Source: Balanoglossus misakiensis (lineage: Eukaryota; Animalia; Hemichordata). From it: 64,000 bases of DNA. A model generated the notes under the pieces. The model was not told the DNA's origin and ran no database searches. It saw only the letters and a program-made list of their open reading frames with translations. Positions 27,123 to 41,160 of the stretch are shown one piece after another; within the stretch, counting starts at the first letter, position 1, and each line of letters opens with the position of its first letter. Location: assembly GCA_040954595.2 (NCBI GenBank), contig CM082594.2, forward strand, positions 948,247 to 1,012,246. Direction: 5' to 3'. The translations under genes were made by a program, and so were the position numbers.

Positions 27123-27719
27123 GTAGCTCATACCTAACTTGACAGACTCCTTTGTTTACACTTCGGAGCCAAAAAGGTTGGTGCGGGGGGGGGGGGGGTG
27201 TGTCTACATTGATGCACGTGGGGATATGAGAAACAAAATACTTTTTTTACAAGAAAAATCTATGCCGTCTCTCTGCCTGTATGTTTCTACTACAAGCTCT
27301 TATAGAAACTAGATTATGCAATAAGTTTGCAAGACTGTATGGAAGAATATCCTGAACTCAACATTAAAGTGAAGGGGTCGTCGCGCCGCGTTTGTTTATA
27401 AACATTACAATTCATCCACAACAAATTAGATCATTCTTAGAATGAACGAAGCAGCCAACTGTAGTGTAGACTGAGCATGGCAGCAACTGAAGATCCTAGT
27501 AGGTGGTGGCGACTGCAGTGGGGTTTGCACTGGTATGGGAGGGCATATTCTCATCAAGGTGGGACACCCTCGCGGCGCGACGACCCCTTCCCTACTGTTG
27601 CTGAAAAATACTTGTATATGAAAGTTGAAACAGTGATAGTTGCACATGAGGTATCTGATATGGCATTAACATAAACATAACAAAATAAAGTTTTGAATGT
27701 TCCTTGCAATCTGCAATTT

Positions 27720-28660
27720 CATGAAAATATTCTCTGTACTGTTAATAAAGTATAATGTCTGCTCCTAATTCTGCAAAACGTGTCATACTAAAATGTTATA
27801 CCATTAGTGACACTATGACTAATAATAAAATATCATACTCTCCCCTTATGTATTTCAGCTGTTAATGAAATGATATTCCCATCCCTATCTTTGTACTGGT
27901 ACTAAGCTATAAGTAAAATGTTACACTTATCCCAAGCATAGTACTGGTATTATAACTGGTAGTCCAATGCCATGCCCATCCCCTTGCTGTGTTAATTGAT
28001 AATAAAGTGTCATACCCTGCCCTTGTTCTGTACTGTTGCTGTTAATAAAATGTTATGACAATCCGTCATTGTACTACATGTAATACTTCACGGTAAGTAC
28101 AATATCATGCACATCCCTTGCTTTTTAGTAAAATGCCATGCCTTCCCCTAGTTCTGTACTATAACTGTTAGTCAAATGTTATGTCCAACACTCACTTTGT
28201 ACTATAAGTTACCAATAATAAAAATGTCATGCCCTCCCTGCTTCTCTATAGTTGTTCATAAAATGTTACTCCCACCCCAAGGGTAGTAATGGTACTTGAA
28301 CTGTTAGTAACATATCATGCCCATGTTCCTAGTTATGAACTGAAACGTTTAGGCTAATCAACTGTAATGGTCATGTACTTGGTTTAGTAAAATGTCTGCC
28401 AATGTCTTGCCTAGTTCTACAACTCATAATAAAATGCCATGCCCTCCCCTAGTTCCGTACTGTAGGGGTCAATAAAACGCATTATCTGGCCACCCCTAGC
28501 TCTTAAGTTGATCGTATGCCATGCCGAAACCTAGTTCTGTATTGTGACTTAGAGCTGCGATGGTCCTATAAAGCTTATAAAACTTGTGCACACTTCAAAT
28601 AGGCCGAAAATGTCATGTGTACCGACTGATAATAAACTGTCATTTCATCCCAGCTATGCA
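27720..28660. repeat. Degenerate ~40-bp minisatellite block, re-copied at ~29818, ~31491 and ~33339
   Basis: Recurrent AAAATG(T/C)CATGCCC..CCCTAGTTCTGTACT motif. Confidence 0.85.
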
Positions 28661-31600
28661 CCCAAAAAATGACGTGGCATTAACACTAGAGGACGTGTAC
28701 TGATCTGAGTGAATCAGATCCCGTGAGGAGTACGGTGCCCAGAGTACACGTGTACTAGTAGAGAAATGCCAAGTGTTGCTACATCTTTGCGCTTCTCCCG
28801 CCATTGCTCTCTGGAAAATAGGAGTGTGGTCGAGCGAACTGGTGCGAGCGGAAAGTCGTGTTGCGACCGTCGGTGAGGCGAATTAAGACACAGCGCTAAT
28901 AATAGTGTCTGTAACGACTATCACACCAAAACTCATTTACAGTAAATATAAAAACAAACTACGTCGGAGAAGTGTTTCGACGTGTCTTCGTTCTCGAGGA
29001 GCCATTTGTATCTGTATTTGCATACCAGAAAGCCACGCCTACCAGCCTCGTTCGCGGGTGACTTGTTTGTAATTGGCAAAGGCGAGTTAGTCATGTGCTT
29101 AGTTTGTTGGGTGTCAATGTAATCGTCCATGTTAACTTATTTGGTACAATTCGAGACATATGCACTCAAAAATGATGTGGCATTAAACACTAGAGGACGT
29201 GTACAGATCTGAGTGAATCAGATCCCGTGAGGTGTACGGTGCCCAGAGTACACGTGTACTAGTAGAGAAATGCCAAGTGTTGCTACATCTTCGCGCTTCG
29301 CCCGCCATTGCTCTCCGGAAAATAGAAGTGTGGTCGAGCGAACACGTGCGAGCGGAAAGTCGTGTTGCGACCGTCGGTGAGGCGAATTAAGACACAGCGC
29401 TAATAATAGTGTCTGTAACGACTATCACACCAAAACTCATTTACAGTAAATATAAAAACAGACTACGTCGGAGAAGTGTTTCGACGTGTCTTCGTTCTCG
29501 AGGAGCCATTTGTATCTGCATTTGCATACCAGAAAGCCACGCCTTCCAGCCTCGTTCGCGGGTGACTTGTTTGTAATTGCCAAAGGCGAGTTAGTCATGT
29601 GCTTAGTTTGTTGGGTGTCAATGTAATCGTCCATGTTAACTCATTTGGTACAATTCGAGACATATGCACTCAAAAATGATGTGGCATTAAACACTAGAGG
29701 ACGTGTACTGATCTGAGTGAATCAGATCACGTGAGGAGTACGGTGCCCAGAGTACACGTGTCCTAGTAAAGAAATGCCAAATGTTGCTACATCTTCGCGC
29801 TTCGCCCGCCAAGGTCGCCATGCCCATCCCCTTGCTGTGTTAATTGATAATAAAATGTCATACCCTGCCCTTGTTCTGTACTGTTGCTGTTAATAAAATG
29901 TTATGACAATCCCTCATTGTACTACATGTAATACTTCACGGTAAGTACAATATCATGCACATCCCTTGCTTTTTAGTAAAATGCCATGCCTTCCCCTAGT
30001 TCTGTACTATAACTGTTAGTCAAATGTCATGTCCAACACTCACTTTGTACTATAAGTTACCAATAATAAAAATGTCATGCCCTCCCTGCTTCTCTATAGT
30101 TGTTCATAAAATGTTACTCCCACCCCAAGGGTAGTAATGGTACTTGAACTGTTAGTAACATATCATGCCCATGTTCCTAGTTATGAACTGAAACGTTTAG
30201 GCTAATCAACTGTAATGGTCATGTACTTGGTTTAGTAAAATGTCTGCCAATGTCTTGCCTAGTTCTACAACTCATAATAAAATGCCATGCCCTCCCCTAG
30301 TTCCGTACTGTAGGGGTCAATAAAACGCATTATCTGGCCACCCCTAGCTCTTAAGTTGATCGTATGCCATGCCGAAACCTAGTTCTGTATTGTGACTTAG
30401 AGCTTAGATGGTCCTATAAAGCTTATAAAACTTGTGCACACTTCAAATAGGCCGAAAATGTCATGTGTACCGACTGATAATAAACTGTCATTTCATCCCA
30501 GCTATGCACCCAAAAAATGACGTGGCATTAACACTAGAGGACGTGTACTGATCTGAGTGAATCACAGCGCTAATAATAGTGTCTGTAACGACTATCACAC
30601 CAAAACTCATTTACAGTAAATATAAAAACAAACTACGTCGGAGAAGTGTTTCGACGTGTCTTCGTTCTCGAGGAGCCATTTGTATCTGTATTTGCATACC
30701 AGAAAGCCACGCCTACCAGCCTCGTTCGCGGGTGACTTGTTTGTAATTGGCAAAGGCGAGTTAGTCATGTGCTTAGTTTGTTGGGTGTCAATGTAATCGT
30801 CCATGTTAACTTATTTGGTACAATTCGAGACATATGCACTCAAAAATGATGTGGCATTAAACACTAGAGGACGTGTACAGATCTGAGTGAATCAGATCCC
30901 GTGAGGTGTACGGTGCCCAGAGTACACGTGTACTAGTAGAGAAATGCCAAGTGTTGCTACATCTTCGCGCTTCGCCCGCCATTGCTCTCCGGAAAATAGA
31001 AGTGTGGTCGAGCGAACACGTGCGAGCGGAAAGTCGTGTTGCGACCGTCGGTGAGGCGAATTAAGACACAGCGCTAATAATAGTGTCTGTAACGACTATC
31101 ACACCAAAACTCATTTACAGTAAATATAAAAACAGACTACGTCGGAGAAGTGTTTCGACGTGTCTTCGTTCTCGAGGAGCCATTTGTATCTGCATTTGCA
31201 TACCAGAAAGCCACGCCTTCCAGCCTCGTTCGCGGGTGACTTGTTTGTAATTGCCAAAGGCGAGTTAGTCATGTGCTTAGTTTGTTGGGTGTCAATGTAA
31301 TCGTCCATGTTAACTCATTTGGTACAATTCGAGACATATGCACTCAAAAATGATGTGGCATTAAACACTAGAGGACGTGTACTGATCTGAGTGAATCAGA
31401 TCACGTGAGGAGTACGGTGCCCAGAGTACACGTGTCCTAGTAAAGAAATGCCAAATGTTGCTACATCTTCGCGCTTCGCCCGCCAAGGTCGCCATGCCCA
31501 TCCCCTTGCTGTGTTAATTGATAATAAAATGTCATACCCTGCCCTTGTTCTGTACTGTTGCTGTTAATAAAATGTTATGACAATCCCTCATTGTACTACA

Positions 31601-34600
31601 TGTAATACTTCACGGTAAGTACAATATCATGCACATCCCTTGCTTTTTAGTAAAATGCCATGCCTTCCCCTAGTTCTGTACTATAACTGTTAGTCAAATG
31701 TCATGTCCAACACTCACTTTGTACTATAAGTTACCAATAATAAAAATGTCATGCCCTCCCTGCTTCTCTATAGTTGTTCATAAAATGTTACTCCCACCCC
31801 AAGGGTAGTAATGGTACTTGAACTGTTAGTAACATATCATGCCCATGTTCCTAGTTATGAACTGAAACGTTTAGGCTAATCAACTGTAATGGTCATGTAC
31901 TTGGTTTAGTAAAATGTCTGCCAATGTCTTGCCTAGTTCTACAACTCATAATAAAATGCCATGCCCTCCCCTAGTTCCGTACTGTAGGGGTCAATAAAAC
32001 GCATTATCTGGCCACCCCTAGCTCTTAAGTTGATCGTATGCCATGCCGAAACCTAGTTCTGTATTGTGACTTAGAGCTTAGATGGTCCTATAAAGCTTAT
32101 AAAACTTGTGCACACTTCAAATAGGCCGAAAATGTCATGTGTACCGACTGATAATAAACTGTCATTTCATCCCAGCTATGCACCCAAAAAATGACGTGGC
32201 ATTAACACTAGAGGACGTGTACTGATCTGAGTGAATCAGATCCCGTGAGGAGTACGGTGCCCAGAGTACACGTGTACTAGTAGAGAAATGCCAAGTGTTG
32301 CTACATCTTTGCGCTTCTCCCGCCATTGCTCTCTGGAAAATAGGAGTGTGGTCGAGCGAACTGGTGCGAGCGGAAAGTCGTGTTGCGACCGTCGGTGAGG
32401 CGAATTAAGACACAGCGCTAATAATAGTGTCTGTAACGACTATCACACCAAAACTCATTTACAGTAAATATAAAAACAAACTACGTCGGAGAAGTGTTTC
32501 GACGTGTCTTCGTTCTTGAGGAGCCATTTGTATCTGCATTTGCATACCAGAAAGCCACGCCTACCAGCCTCGTTCGCGGGTGACTTGTTTGTAATTGGCA
32601 AAGGCGAGTTAGTCATGTGCTTAGTTTGTTGGGTGTCAATGTAATCGTCCATGTTAACTTATTTGGTACAATTCGAGACATATGCACTCAAAAATGATGT
32701 GGCATTAAACACTAGAGGACGTGTACTGATCTGAGTGAATCAGATCCCGTGAGGAGTACGGTGCCCAGAGTACACGTGTACTAGTAGAGAAATGCCAAGT
32801 GTTGCTACATCTTCGCGCTTCGCCCGCCATTGCTCTCCGGAAAATAGAAGTGTGGTCGAGCGAACACGTGCGAGCGGAAAGTCGTGTTGCGACCGTCGGT
32901 GAGGCGAATTAAGACACAGCGCTAATAATAGTGTCTGTAACGACTATCACACCAAAACTCATTTACAGTAAATATAAAAACAGACTACGTCGGAGAAGTG
33001 TTTCGACGTGTCTTCGTTCTCGAGGAGCCATTTGTATCTGCATTTGCATACCAGAAAGCCACCCCTACCAGCCTCGTTCGCGGGTGACTTGTTTGTAATT
33101 GCCAAAGGCGAGTTAGTCATGTGCTTAGTTTGTTGGGTGTCAATGTAATCGTCCATGTTAACTCATTTGGTACAATTCGAGACATATGCACTCAAAAATG
33201 ATGTGGCATTAAACACTAGAGGACGTGTACTGATCTGAGTGAATCAGATCACGTGAGGAGTACGGTGCCCAGAGTACACGTGTCCTAGTAAAGAAATGCC
33301 AAATGTTGCTACATCTTCGCGCTTCGCCCGCCAAGGTCGCCATGCCCATCCCCTTGCTGTGTTAATTGATAATAAAATGTCATACCCTGCCCTTGTTCTG
33401 TACTGTTGCTGTTAATAAAATGTTATGACAATCCCTCATTGTACTACATGTAATACTTCACGGTAAGTACAATATCATGCACATCCCTTGCTTTTTAGTA
33501 AAATGCCATGCCTTCCCCTAGTTCTGTACTATAACTGTTAGTCAAATGTCATGTCCAACACTCACTTTGTACTATAAGTTACCAATAATAAAAATGTCAT
33601 GCCCTCCCTGCTTCTCTATAGTTGTTCATAAAATGTTACTCCCACCCCAAGGGTAGTAATGGTACTTGAACTGTTAGTAACATATCATGCCCATGTTCCT
33701 AGTTATGAACTGAAACGTTTAGGCTAATCAACTGTAATGGTCATGTACTTGGTTTAGTAAAATGTCTGCCAATGTCTTGCCTAGTTCTACAACTCATAAT
33801 AAAATGCCATGCCCTCCCCTAGTTCCGTACTGTAGGGGTCAATAAAACGCATTATCTGGCCACCCCTAGCTCTTAAGTTGATCGTATGCCATGCCGAAAC
33901 CTAGTTCTGTATTGTGACTTAGAGCTGCGATGGTCCTATAAAGCTTATAAAACTTGTGCACACTTCAAATAGGCAGAAAATGTCATGTGTACAGACTGAT
34001 AATAAACTGTCATTTCATCCCAGCTATGCACTCAAAAAATGACGTGGCATTAACACTAGAGGACGTGTACTGATCTGAGTGAATCAGATCCCGTGCGGAG
34101 TACGGTGCCCAGAGTACACGTGTACTAGTAGAGAAATGCCAAGTGTTGCTACATCTTCGCGCTTCTCCCGCCATTGCTCTCTGGAAAATAGGAGTGTGGT
34201 CGAGCGAACTGGTGCGAGCGGAAAGTCGTGTTGCGACCGTCGGTGAGGCGAATTAAGACACAGCAAATAATAATAGTGTCTGTAACGACTATCACACCAA
34301 AACTCATTTACAGTAAATATAAAAACAGACTACGTCGGAGAAGTGTTTCGACGTGTCTTCGTTCTCGAGGAGCCATTTGTATCTGCATTTGCATACCAGA
34401 AAGCCACGCCTCCCAGCCTCGTTCGCGGGTGACTTGTTTGTAATTGGCAAAGGCGAGTTAGTCATGTGCTTAGTTTGTTGGGTGTCAATGTAATCGTCCA
34501 TGTTAACTTATTTGGTACAATTCGAGACATATGCACTCAAAAATGATGTGGCATTAAACACTAGAGGACGTGTACTGATCTGAGTGAATCAGATCCCGTG

Positions 34601-34759
34601 AGGAGTACGGTGCCCAGAGTACACGTGTACTAGTAGAGAAATGCCAAGTGTTGCTACATCTTCGCGCTTCGCCCGCCATTGCTCTCCGGAAAATAGGAGT
34701 GTGGTCGAGCGAACACGTGCGAGCGGAAAGTCGTGTTGCGACCGTCGGTGAGGCGAAGT

Positions 34760-36256
34760 AGTCCTGTTTCAAGATGACCTACATTACAGGTCCTATGCAC
34801 ATGTATTACATGTTGTGATTGGTTTATCCGCTTCTCTAAGGTCCACTTGTGGCACGCTGATTGGAGGGACCTTATGTGTTAGGTCTTATTACTATGTATT
34901 ATTCACCAGACCTTGTAGGTTAGGTCTTATTACTATGCATTATTCACTTTACAGCTCCCTGATTGGTTAATGTGTAGGTCTGGTCCTCCAGTGTTCACTG
35001 CCTCATTATGCAGGACCTTGTAGCTTAGGTCTTATTAATATGTATTTATTCACCATACAGCTCCCTGATTGGTTAACGTGTCAGTCTGGTCCCCCCAGTG
35101 TTCACTGCCTCTTTGTGAAATGTCCCATGTGCTTCCTGGCTAGCGTTGTGGTAACACATTATTCGGGGTGTCCGCAGATCGTTCATTGATTTTCTGAGAA
35201 ATAGCCTGACTGATACTATCTCCAACATAAACCGCACCCTGGAAAGATTAAATGATCTTTTAGGTGGACTTTGAAAATCTGATTAACTCATCTAAGCATT
35301 TTAGCTAAGTTGTATATTTTTTTAATCACCCTCCTACTTCTCATCATCAATTTTATTATTGTTGTTATTACTATTTTAAAGTAAATTTGTTTTGACGAAG
35401 ATGTTGTGATAAGGAGCACGTTGTCCGTTTATACATTCGTATATTGTTTTCATAAAATGGAACTGTGACGGTGCAGCTTCGTGAAAGAAGTACAATAAAA
35501 GTAATCATACCTGTAAAGCAACTAATGAGGTATCCCAAAGAAATGCAATGCTATTCTAAACATTTCTATTGTAAGATTTTTTTGGTTTGCTCGAATGAAT
35601 AGCACACACTTCGTATTCAGCCAGATGTTACAGGAAGTGATGCGCTGAAAGGCATTACGTAACAAAACACTAGCCCATTTCAACAAACCGCCACTGGAAA
35701 TAAAATAAAAAAATTCTCCTGGCAATAATTATTTCGAGTATCTAGTTCACAGTATCACATAAAATGCCATAAATAGTGTGAAGGAAAATGTGAAATCCAA
35801 TCATTATATGAGTGCCTTTCTTTATACACTGGGATCGATCGCGAGCTTCGACCACGCGCAGGCAGCATGCCAGACATTATACGACAACTGTATTCAGAAA
35901 GTACAAAAGAATTTGCATAACGAGGCAGTGAAAACTGGAGACCTACACATTAACCAATCAGGGAGCTGACAATTGAATAAATACATATTAATAAGACCTA
36001 ACCTACAAGGTCCTGCATAATGAGGCAGTGAACACTGGAGGACCAGACCAACACATTAACCAATCAGGGAGCTGTAAAGTGAATAATACATAGTAATAAG
36101 ACCTAACCTACAAGGTCTAGTGAATAATACATAATGATAAGACCTAACACATAAGGTCCCTCCAATCAGCGTGCCGCAAGTGGACCTAAGATTACCAGAT
36201 GGACCAATCACAGATGTGGGTACATATGTCATGGACCTGACTTATGAAACAGGACT
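34760..36256. mobile_element. Foldback element copy 1, inserted in a type-1 504-bp unit
   Basis: TIR (T)AGTCCTGTTTCA / TGAAACAGGACT(A); ~350-bp inverted arms rich in CTGATTGG and TAGGTCTTATT subrepeats. Interrupts GGCGAATTAAGACAC. Confidence 0.9.
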
Positions 36257-37289
36257 ATTAAGACACAGCGCTAATAATAGTGTCTGTAACAACTATCACA
36301 CCAAAACTCATTTACAGTAAATATAAAAACAGACTACGTCGGAGAAGTGTTTCGACGTGTCTTCGTTCTCGAGGAGCCATTTGTATCTGCATTTGCATAC
36401 CAGAAAGCCACGCCTTCCAGCCTCGTTCGCGGGTGACTTGTTTGTAATTGCCAAAGGCGAGTTAGTCATGTGCTTAGTTTGTTGGGTGTCCATGTAATCG
36501 TCCATGTTAACTTATTTGGTACAATTCGAGACATATGCACTCAAAAATGATGTGGCATTAAACACTAGAGGACGTGTACTGATCTGAGTGAATCAGATCC
36601 CGTGAGGAGTACGGTGCCCAGAGTACACGTGTCCTAGTAAAGAAATGCCAAATGTTGCTACATCTTCGCGCTTCGCCCGCCAAGGTCGCCATTGCTCTCC
36701 GGAAAATAGGAGACTGCATGTAGTTGAGCGAGCACGTTCGAACGGACGATGGTATTGCTACCGTCGACGAGGCGAATTAAGACACAGCGCTAATACTAGT
36801 GTCTGTCACGACTATCACACCAAAACTGTCCTTTACAGTAAATATAAAAAAGCTATTCAAGTCGGAGGAGTCTTTCCACGAGTCTTCGATATCGAGGAGC
36901 CATTTGTATCTGCATAAATTTGCATTTCCAGTCTCGTTCGCGGATGACTTGTTTGTATTTGTCAAAGGCGAGTTAGGCACGTGCTTAGTTTGTTGGGTGT
37001 CAATGTAATCGTCCATGTTAACTTATTTGGTACAATTCGAGACATATGCACTCAAAAATGGTGTGGCATTAAACACTAGAGGACGTGTACTGATCTGAGT
37101 GAATCAGATCCCGTGAGGAGTACGGTGCCCAGAGTACACTTGTCCTAGTAAAGAAATGCCAAATGTTGCTACACCTTCGCGCTTCGCCCGCCAAGGTCGC
37201 CATTGCTCTCCGGAAAATTGGAGACTGCATGTAGTTGAGCGAGCACGTGCGAACGGACGATGGTGTTGCTACCGTCGACGAGGCGAATT

Positions 37290-38258
37290 AGTCCTGTTTC
37301 AAAATGACCTACATTACAGGTCCTATGCACACGTATTACATGTTCTGATTGGTTTATCCGCTTCTCTAAGGTCCACTTGCGGCTCGCTGATTGGAGGGAC
37401 CTTATGTGTTAGGTCTTATTACTATGTATTATTCACCAGACCTTGTAGGTTAGGTCTTATTACTATGCATTATTCACTTTACAGCTCCCTGATTGGTTAA
37501 TGTGTAGGTCTGGTCCTCCAGTGTTCACTGCCTCATTATGCAGGACCTTGTAGGTTAGGTCTTATTAATATGTATTTATTCACCATACAGCTCCCTGATT
37601 GGTTAACGTGTCAGTCTGTATGGCCAGATGTTACACGAAGTGATGCGCTGAAAGGCATTACGTAACAAAACACTAGCCCATTTCAACAAACCGCCACTGG
37701 AAATAAATGCGAAATTTCTCCTGGCAATTTTTATTTCGAGTATCTAGTTCACAGTTCCACATAAAATGCCATGAATAGTGTGAAGGAAAATGTGAAATCC
37801 AATCATTATATGAGTGCCTTTCTTTATACACTGGGATCGATCACGAGCTTCGACCACGCGCAGGTAGCATGCCAGACAGAATACGACAACAGTATTCAGA
37901 AAGTACAAAAGACTTTGCATAACGAGGCAGTGAAAACTGGAGACCTACACATTAACCAATCAGGGAACTGAAAATTGAATAAATACATATTAATAAGACC
38001 TAACCTACAAGGTCCTGCATAATGAGGCAGTGAACACTGGAGGACAAGACCTACACATTAACCAATCAAGGAGCTGTAAAGTGAATAATACATAGTAATA
38101 AGACCTAACCTACAAGGTCTAGTGAATAATACATAATGATAAGACCTAACACATAAGGTCCCTCCAATCAGCGCGCCGCAAGTGGACCTAAGATTACCAG
38201 ATGGACCAATCACAGATGTCGGTACATATGTCATGGACCTGACTTATGAAACAGGACT
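37290..38258. mobile_element. Foldback element copy 2 (lacks ~530 bp of copy 1), inserted in a type-2 unit
   Basis: Same TIRs. Junctions GCGA-ATT|AGTCC...GGACT|ATT-AAGAC give a 3-bp ATT duplication (1-bp if the termini are TAG...CTA). Confidence 0.9.
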
Positions 38259-40110
38259 ATTAAGACACAGCGCTAATACTAGTGTCTGTCACGACTATCA
38301 CACCAAAACTGTCCTTTACAGTAAATATAAAAAAGCTATTCAAGTCGGGGGAGTCTTTCCACGAGTCTTCGATATCGAGGAGCCATTTGTATCTGCATAA
38401 ATTTGCATTTCCAGTCTCGTTCGCGGATGACTTGTTTGTATTTGTCAAAGGTGAGTTAGGCACGTGCTTAGTTTTTTGGGTAATCGTAATCGTCCATGGT
38501 AACTTATTTGTCTATTACATATTTAAATGTCATCTTTCTTATCAAGCCTTGATGTAAATACATGTTATTTTCGTAAACACCACGGGTTCACAGAGTTTTG
38601 CTTCCAGGATGTCTGCAGTTGAATACAGCACACACATCTGCTTTTTGCCCCAATGTCAGAGAGCGTAGCAATAAATAATGTATGGTAATTACGTATACGT
38701 CCCTTTCTCAGATCAAAATCATTTAAGTTAACACAATAATGGTAAGTACATTAAAAATTAAATGGGGGACGAGATAAGGGTGAAGCAATATTAATTCAAA
38801 TAAAATAAAATCTAAAATACATGTGAAATCCTGGTTTGTCCTCATTAAACTAAATTGACGCGCATGAAGGGCTGCAGTCCATTTGTTAATTCTCTTGATC
38901 GTTCTCTCTATTGAACCCAACAGTAAATAAAAATACAAAAAGGTAAGCCAGTCCGGCCAGTGCTAACTTGGTCTGACTGGTACGCTGGAAAGGGAAATCG
39001 TCAGACAGCACCATTTTCAGGACAAGATGACAATTATGTTTGTGCTACCGGTGGATGCAATGGTCCTCTCATTGTATTATAGAGCTAACTATATTTACGA
39101 AATTCGCATAGCAATGCTATGTTTCGGCTTTACAACCTGAAGCCAGAGTTTGAAGCAATGTGGAAGGCTGTTGTTATGTTGACCTTCCAAATTTTTGGCC
39201 AATTGAGAAAATTATTCGGCACATCAAGGGAGAATCTCCAATAATCTCTGCCGGAACAGTTGAAAAAGGACAAATCTATCGCATATGTCCCAAATGTCCC
39301 TCGCTAATTGGGCTGTGGAGACCGGCTGCATAAATGGGTTGTCACCTCAGACGAAATCATTTACGGTGCGAAGTGTAGTTAGCGTGCGCTTGGGCCCTAA
39401 AAAATGCCAGTAATACCACAGACAAAGATAATTGGTTCCTTATCCCCACTGCGTAGTATGTTTTCGTATGATTTAGTAGTGGAGTGGTCAAGGACCCCCT
39501 GGTTGGGGACCCTTGTGTTACGCAGAGAGGAAGAAAAACAGGTTGCCACTCCTCGCGGTACAGTGATTTTGGGTGGGTGGGCGGGAGTTTTCCATGCACC
39601 ATTCGATGTGATGTGACACCTGGGTGTATGCGCACTCCAATTATATATAGGTATCTTATGAATATTCATATTCAATCAACCAATCACTACGCAGTGTAGA
39701 TAGTTCCTTATCCCCACTGCGTAGTATGTTTTCGTATGATTTAGTAGTGGAGTGGTCAAGGACCCCCTGGTCCCCCCAAATATTACTTCTTTAGATTCAT
39801 AATCACCCCTTCTCTCATGCCTTCTCTCCAAACCTCATCAACACAAAACAACCCCACAGCCATATATCAGCACGGGAGGAGACTCGAGCCCGGCTTTCCA
39901 TCCCGTCCATCGAACTTGTCTAAGCAATCTGTCTTTCATTGCCTCTCTTGGATCAAAAATCACATTACGTTCCCATGCACTCATACCAGACATCGGGTTA
40001 AGAGACTAAGAAGAAAAACCATGGGAGAAAATACTATCAATAATTTTGTCGATAAAGAAAATAACAGTAGCATAAGACACACAACCAGGGGGTTATGATT
40101 AAACCCCCAA

Positions 40111-40526
40111 GGCCAGGAAGAAAAATAAATTGTTCATCGGAATCGTCGCTTCTACTTTGGATGATTTGGAATTTTTTTTTGGGGGGGGGGGGGATCTCGG
40201 CAAATATTCTACTTCCGTGTTACAACATTCTTAGTCACTGCCGCTGGTGGCCAGAATATGTTGTGCAAACACCAACTGTAAAGTTAATTGCCTATGTTAT
40301 TGTTGGGAAATATAGTATTGAATTCAGTTACAAGTACATGTATCAGTGTTTTTTGTCTGAGATATTTCTGGTAAAAAGGGAAACAATTATCTCGCCTTTT
40401 CTGCATCTGTGCAAAAACCGCATTTACTTTCAGCCTAAACAACAAATAAAAATAAAAATATTCGCTCGCCGCTCCTGGACCTTGGTCCAAAAAATCCGAT
40501 GAACAAGATTTTTTTTCTCTCTGGCC
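40111..40526. mobile_element. PIF/Harbinger-like MITE
   Basis: Imperfect ~30-bp TIR GGCCAGGAAGAAAAATAAATTGTTCATCGGA / TCCGATGAACAAGATTTTTTTTCTCTCTGGCC; 3-bp TSD CAA. Confidence 0.75.
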
Positions 40527-40669
40527 CAAGGCCCCTTTTTTTTTAAGGCAAGCCAGCATTTAGTGAGCTGACTATACCTAAGGGCTATCGAAATAATAAC
40601 ATCAAATAAACATCCGGAAAGAAAACAAATTTCACACATGCACAACTGCAAAATCAAATAATCATTACT

Positions 40670-41160
40670 ATATCACATGTTTCCCATTGAAACACCTTTG
40701 CCCAGTATTCATACATAATTCATCACTCGTCAAATATTACATGTCTCTCAATAGGACAATCCCATACAACTACGCACACCTGTATAATCAGCCAATCACT
40801 ATGTGAATCACATAAATACTCAAACAAAATCCACGCATAAAAATTTACATGTCTCTCAACAGGACACATCCTACTTCAATATGCATACCTATGTAATCGG
40901 CCAATCACATGTCTCTCATGGGACACACAAAAAATTACGTGTCTCCCACTGGACTCCCAATTTCAGTATTCAATACACGTGTCAAATTTTATCACAAAAA
41001 CTTACGTGTCTTCCACTGGACACCCTATTTCAGTATTCAAAACACGTGTCAACTTTCATCATGAAGCATACGTACGCGTGTCTCCCACTGGACACCCCAA
41101 AACTAATTATATCAAAAACTTATATACTTCATGTCTCTCAACAGGACAAACCACTTCAAT
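40670..41160. repeat. Degenerate minisatellite
   Basis: Recurrent CATGTCTCTCAACAGGACA / CGTGTCTCCCACTGGACA motif, about 8 copies. Confidence 0.6.

Larger units (their letters stand above)
27969..38510. repeat. Composite tandem array: ~1848-bp unit (minisatellite block plus ~2.3 copies of a 504-bp unit) repeated ~4 times, then diverged type-2 units
   Basis: Homologous positions 28933/29437, 30607/31111, 32455/32959 and 34304 give periods of 504 and 1848-1849 bp. One interval is 1674 bp because of a ~174-bp deletion at ~30564. Type-2 units run from ~36650 to 38510. Confidence 0.95.

Noticed and set aside
27720-28660. ~40-bp repeat with variable parts as a repeat-spacer array
   Set aside because: The variable parts are mutually similar degenerate copies, so it is a minisatellite.
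28675-28790. Faint resemblance of the 504-bp unit to 5S rRNA
   Set aside because: Only scattered short matches; no convincing box A/box C or 5S helices by eye. An Rfam scan would settle it.
28933-36505. Eight near-identical 65-aa ORFs (MDDYIDTQQ...) as a tandem gene family
   Set aside because: Identity follows from DNA repetition. The type-2 units shift frame and no domain is recognisable.
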